From Basidiobolus meristosporus CBS 931.73 (Eukaryota > Fungi > Basidiobolomycota): a stretch of DNA of 64,000 nt. Location of the stretch: NCBI GenBank assembly GCA_002104905.1, contig MCFE01000394.1, forward strand, positions 1-64,000. Direction: 5' to 3'. Shown here one piece after another: positions 62,753 to 64,000 of the stretch. Numbering within the stretch: the stretch's first letter is position 1; the number at the start of each line of letters is the position of its first letter. The position numbers and the translations under genes are program-made. The notes under the pieces were generated by a model. The model did not search any database. It worked only from the letters and a program-made list of their open reading frames with translations, and was not told the origin of the DNA.

Positions 62753-63739
62753 ACTGTAGTTGAGGTATAAAAGTTATGATTGTCACTGCAATTCTGCTCC
62801 CTCTTGTATTGGAAACCTGGAGAGAATGATGCTGATCTGCTTGTGCAGAGGCTTGTGGCAGTCATGCACAAGTCTTCTTGGTTCATTCAAGCTCTGCTAT
62901 AGTATGCTCAGAAGTTAGATATCAACTGAGGTTTATGGCCCAATACAAGGATCTTTGAGTAATATAAGCTTTTAGAGCAATAAGATCATAAAGCCTTCCA
63001 TCAAATACATAAAAGTCTACTAAGCATTTTAGGTAATCCATATATGAGCTTCTACATCAACATTTTCAAGATAAGCAATATATATACTGATGACAACACT
63101 GCCCTGTGTCAAACCTTCCCATTAGAGGCATCTCAGGGTTTTTGCAGAGCACTTCCTTGTCAAAATTGTCCAGCATCTGATGCACACTATGGCACTTCTA
63201 CTAATATATTGCCAGTTCTGAATAGTCCCAATTAATTCATGGAATGCTGATGCATACTGACTGCAGGTGTTTTCCTGTTAGTATTACTGAGTACAGGCAT
63301 TTTATAATGATTAGGAGATTTGGCTTAGGCAGATTAAGTTAGCTTGAGAACCTAGGTTCAGTCAAGAGATCCCCAGAACCTTCCTGCAGTCCATCCACAA
63401 TCTTTTTGGGCCAGGAGATTTAGGTAACACCATGGTGTATAATCATTCCTGTGCCAATCTGATCCCAAACATCATTAGCTCCCCCCCCAAAATTCTACAA
63501 CAATCTCTGGAGTCTTTCTACTGTCTGCAAAGTCTACTACTGCTGTTTCTGGAGCTTTTCCCTCTGCTGAAAAGTTGCATGGATCAAGTTACCAAGTCTG
63601 GAAGGCTAAGAAGTATATGCTGCTACATGAAAGAGGTCTTTGAGATATTTTTATGGGAGAAGAATTCCCTCTTAAAAGTGTAAGACAAGAAGTCTTAACA
63701 TATTAGAAGAAAGTTTGAGGTGCCTTTAATTGCATTGCC

Positions 63740-64000
63740 TTAATGTTACAATAAATGCTAATTCCATATCTATAGAGCAAGAACAATCAAATGCCTGGAA
63801 GGCACTAGAAGACACCTACCAGGTATGTTCAGCTGAACAGCAAATGCATTTTAGACAAAGATTCTTTAAAACAGAAATACTCCCTGGAGAAAAGGTAAAT
63901 AATCTAAAAAACATATTTACCCTTTTAATTGATGACATGAAATCCACAGACATACATACTACTCAAGAAAATGTGATATTTACTCTCCTGAATAGCCTGA
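63740..64000 (+). mobile_element. Ty1/copia gag (UBN2-like) fragment running off the window
   Basis: NAWKALEDTYQ...QMHFRQRFFKTEILPGEKV...ENVIFTLLNSL fits the copia gag pattern W..L...Y, GE.V, LL.SL. Confidence 0.7.

Overview
Eukaryotic DNA, probably fungal (inference from one GTATGT..TACTAAC..TAG intron, TATA boxes and fungal-style signal peptides), in two sharply different parts. (1) About 0.6-17.4 kb is a CpG-retaining, repeatedly duplicated cluster of small secreted-protein genes. Family A (minus strand) encodes a 149-aa prepro-protein: signal peptide, acidic pro-region, then a 48-aa tail that is almost only Gly/Arg/Tyr/Trp and ends in CDWGC. Two copies are intact, one has a stop at codon 2 and three are broken. 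Family B is a set of four degenerate relatives of A. Family C (plus strand) encodes a 118-aa secreted 2-Cys protein; it has one intact two-exon copy that the ORF track misses and four defective copies, three of them lying tail-to-tail with A genes. (2) About 18-64 kb is a strongly CpG-depleted transposon graveyard: LINE fragments, two convergent Ty3/gypsy copies, a Ty1/copia element with both LTRs plus solo LTRs, two PIF/Harbinger-superfamily (PHIS) transposase elements, and 734-bp fold-back MITEs plus a 211-bp MITE that share the AGACTTG termini of one of those elements and have 3-bp AWT target duplications. The best candidate for a novel system is the family A Gly/Tyr/Arg/Trp peptide (adhesive- or antimicrobial-like) with its partner gene C. 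I saw no rRNA, tRNA or CRISPR array. All counts were done by hand; no database searches were run.
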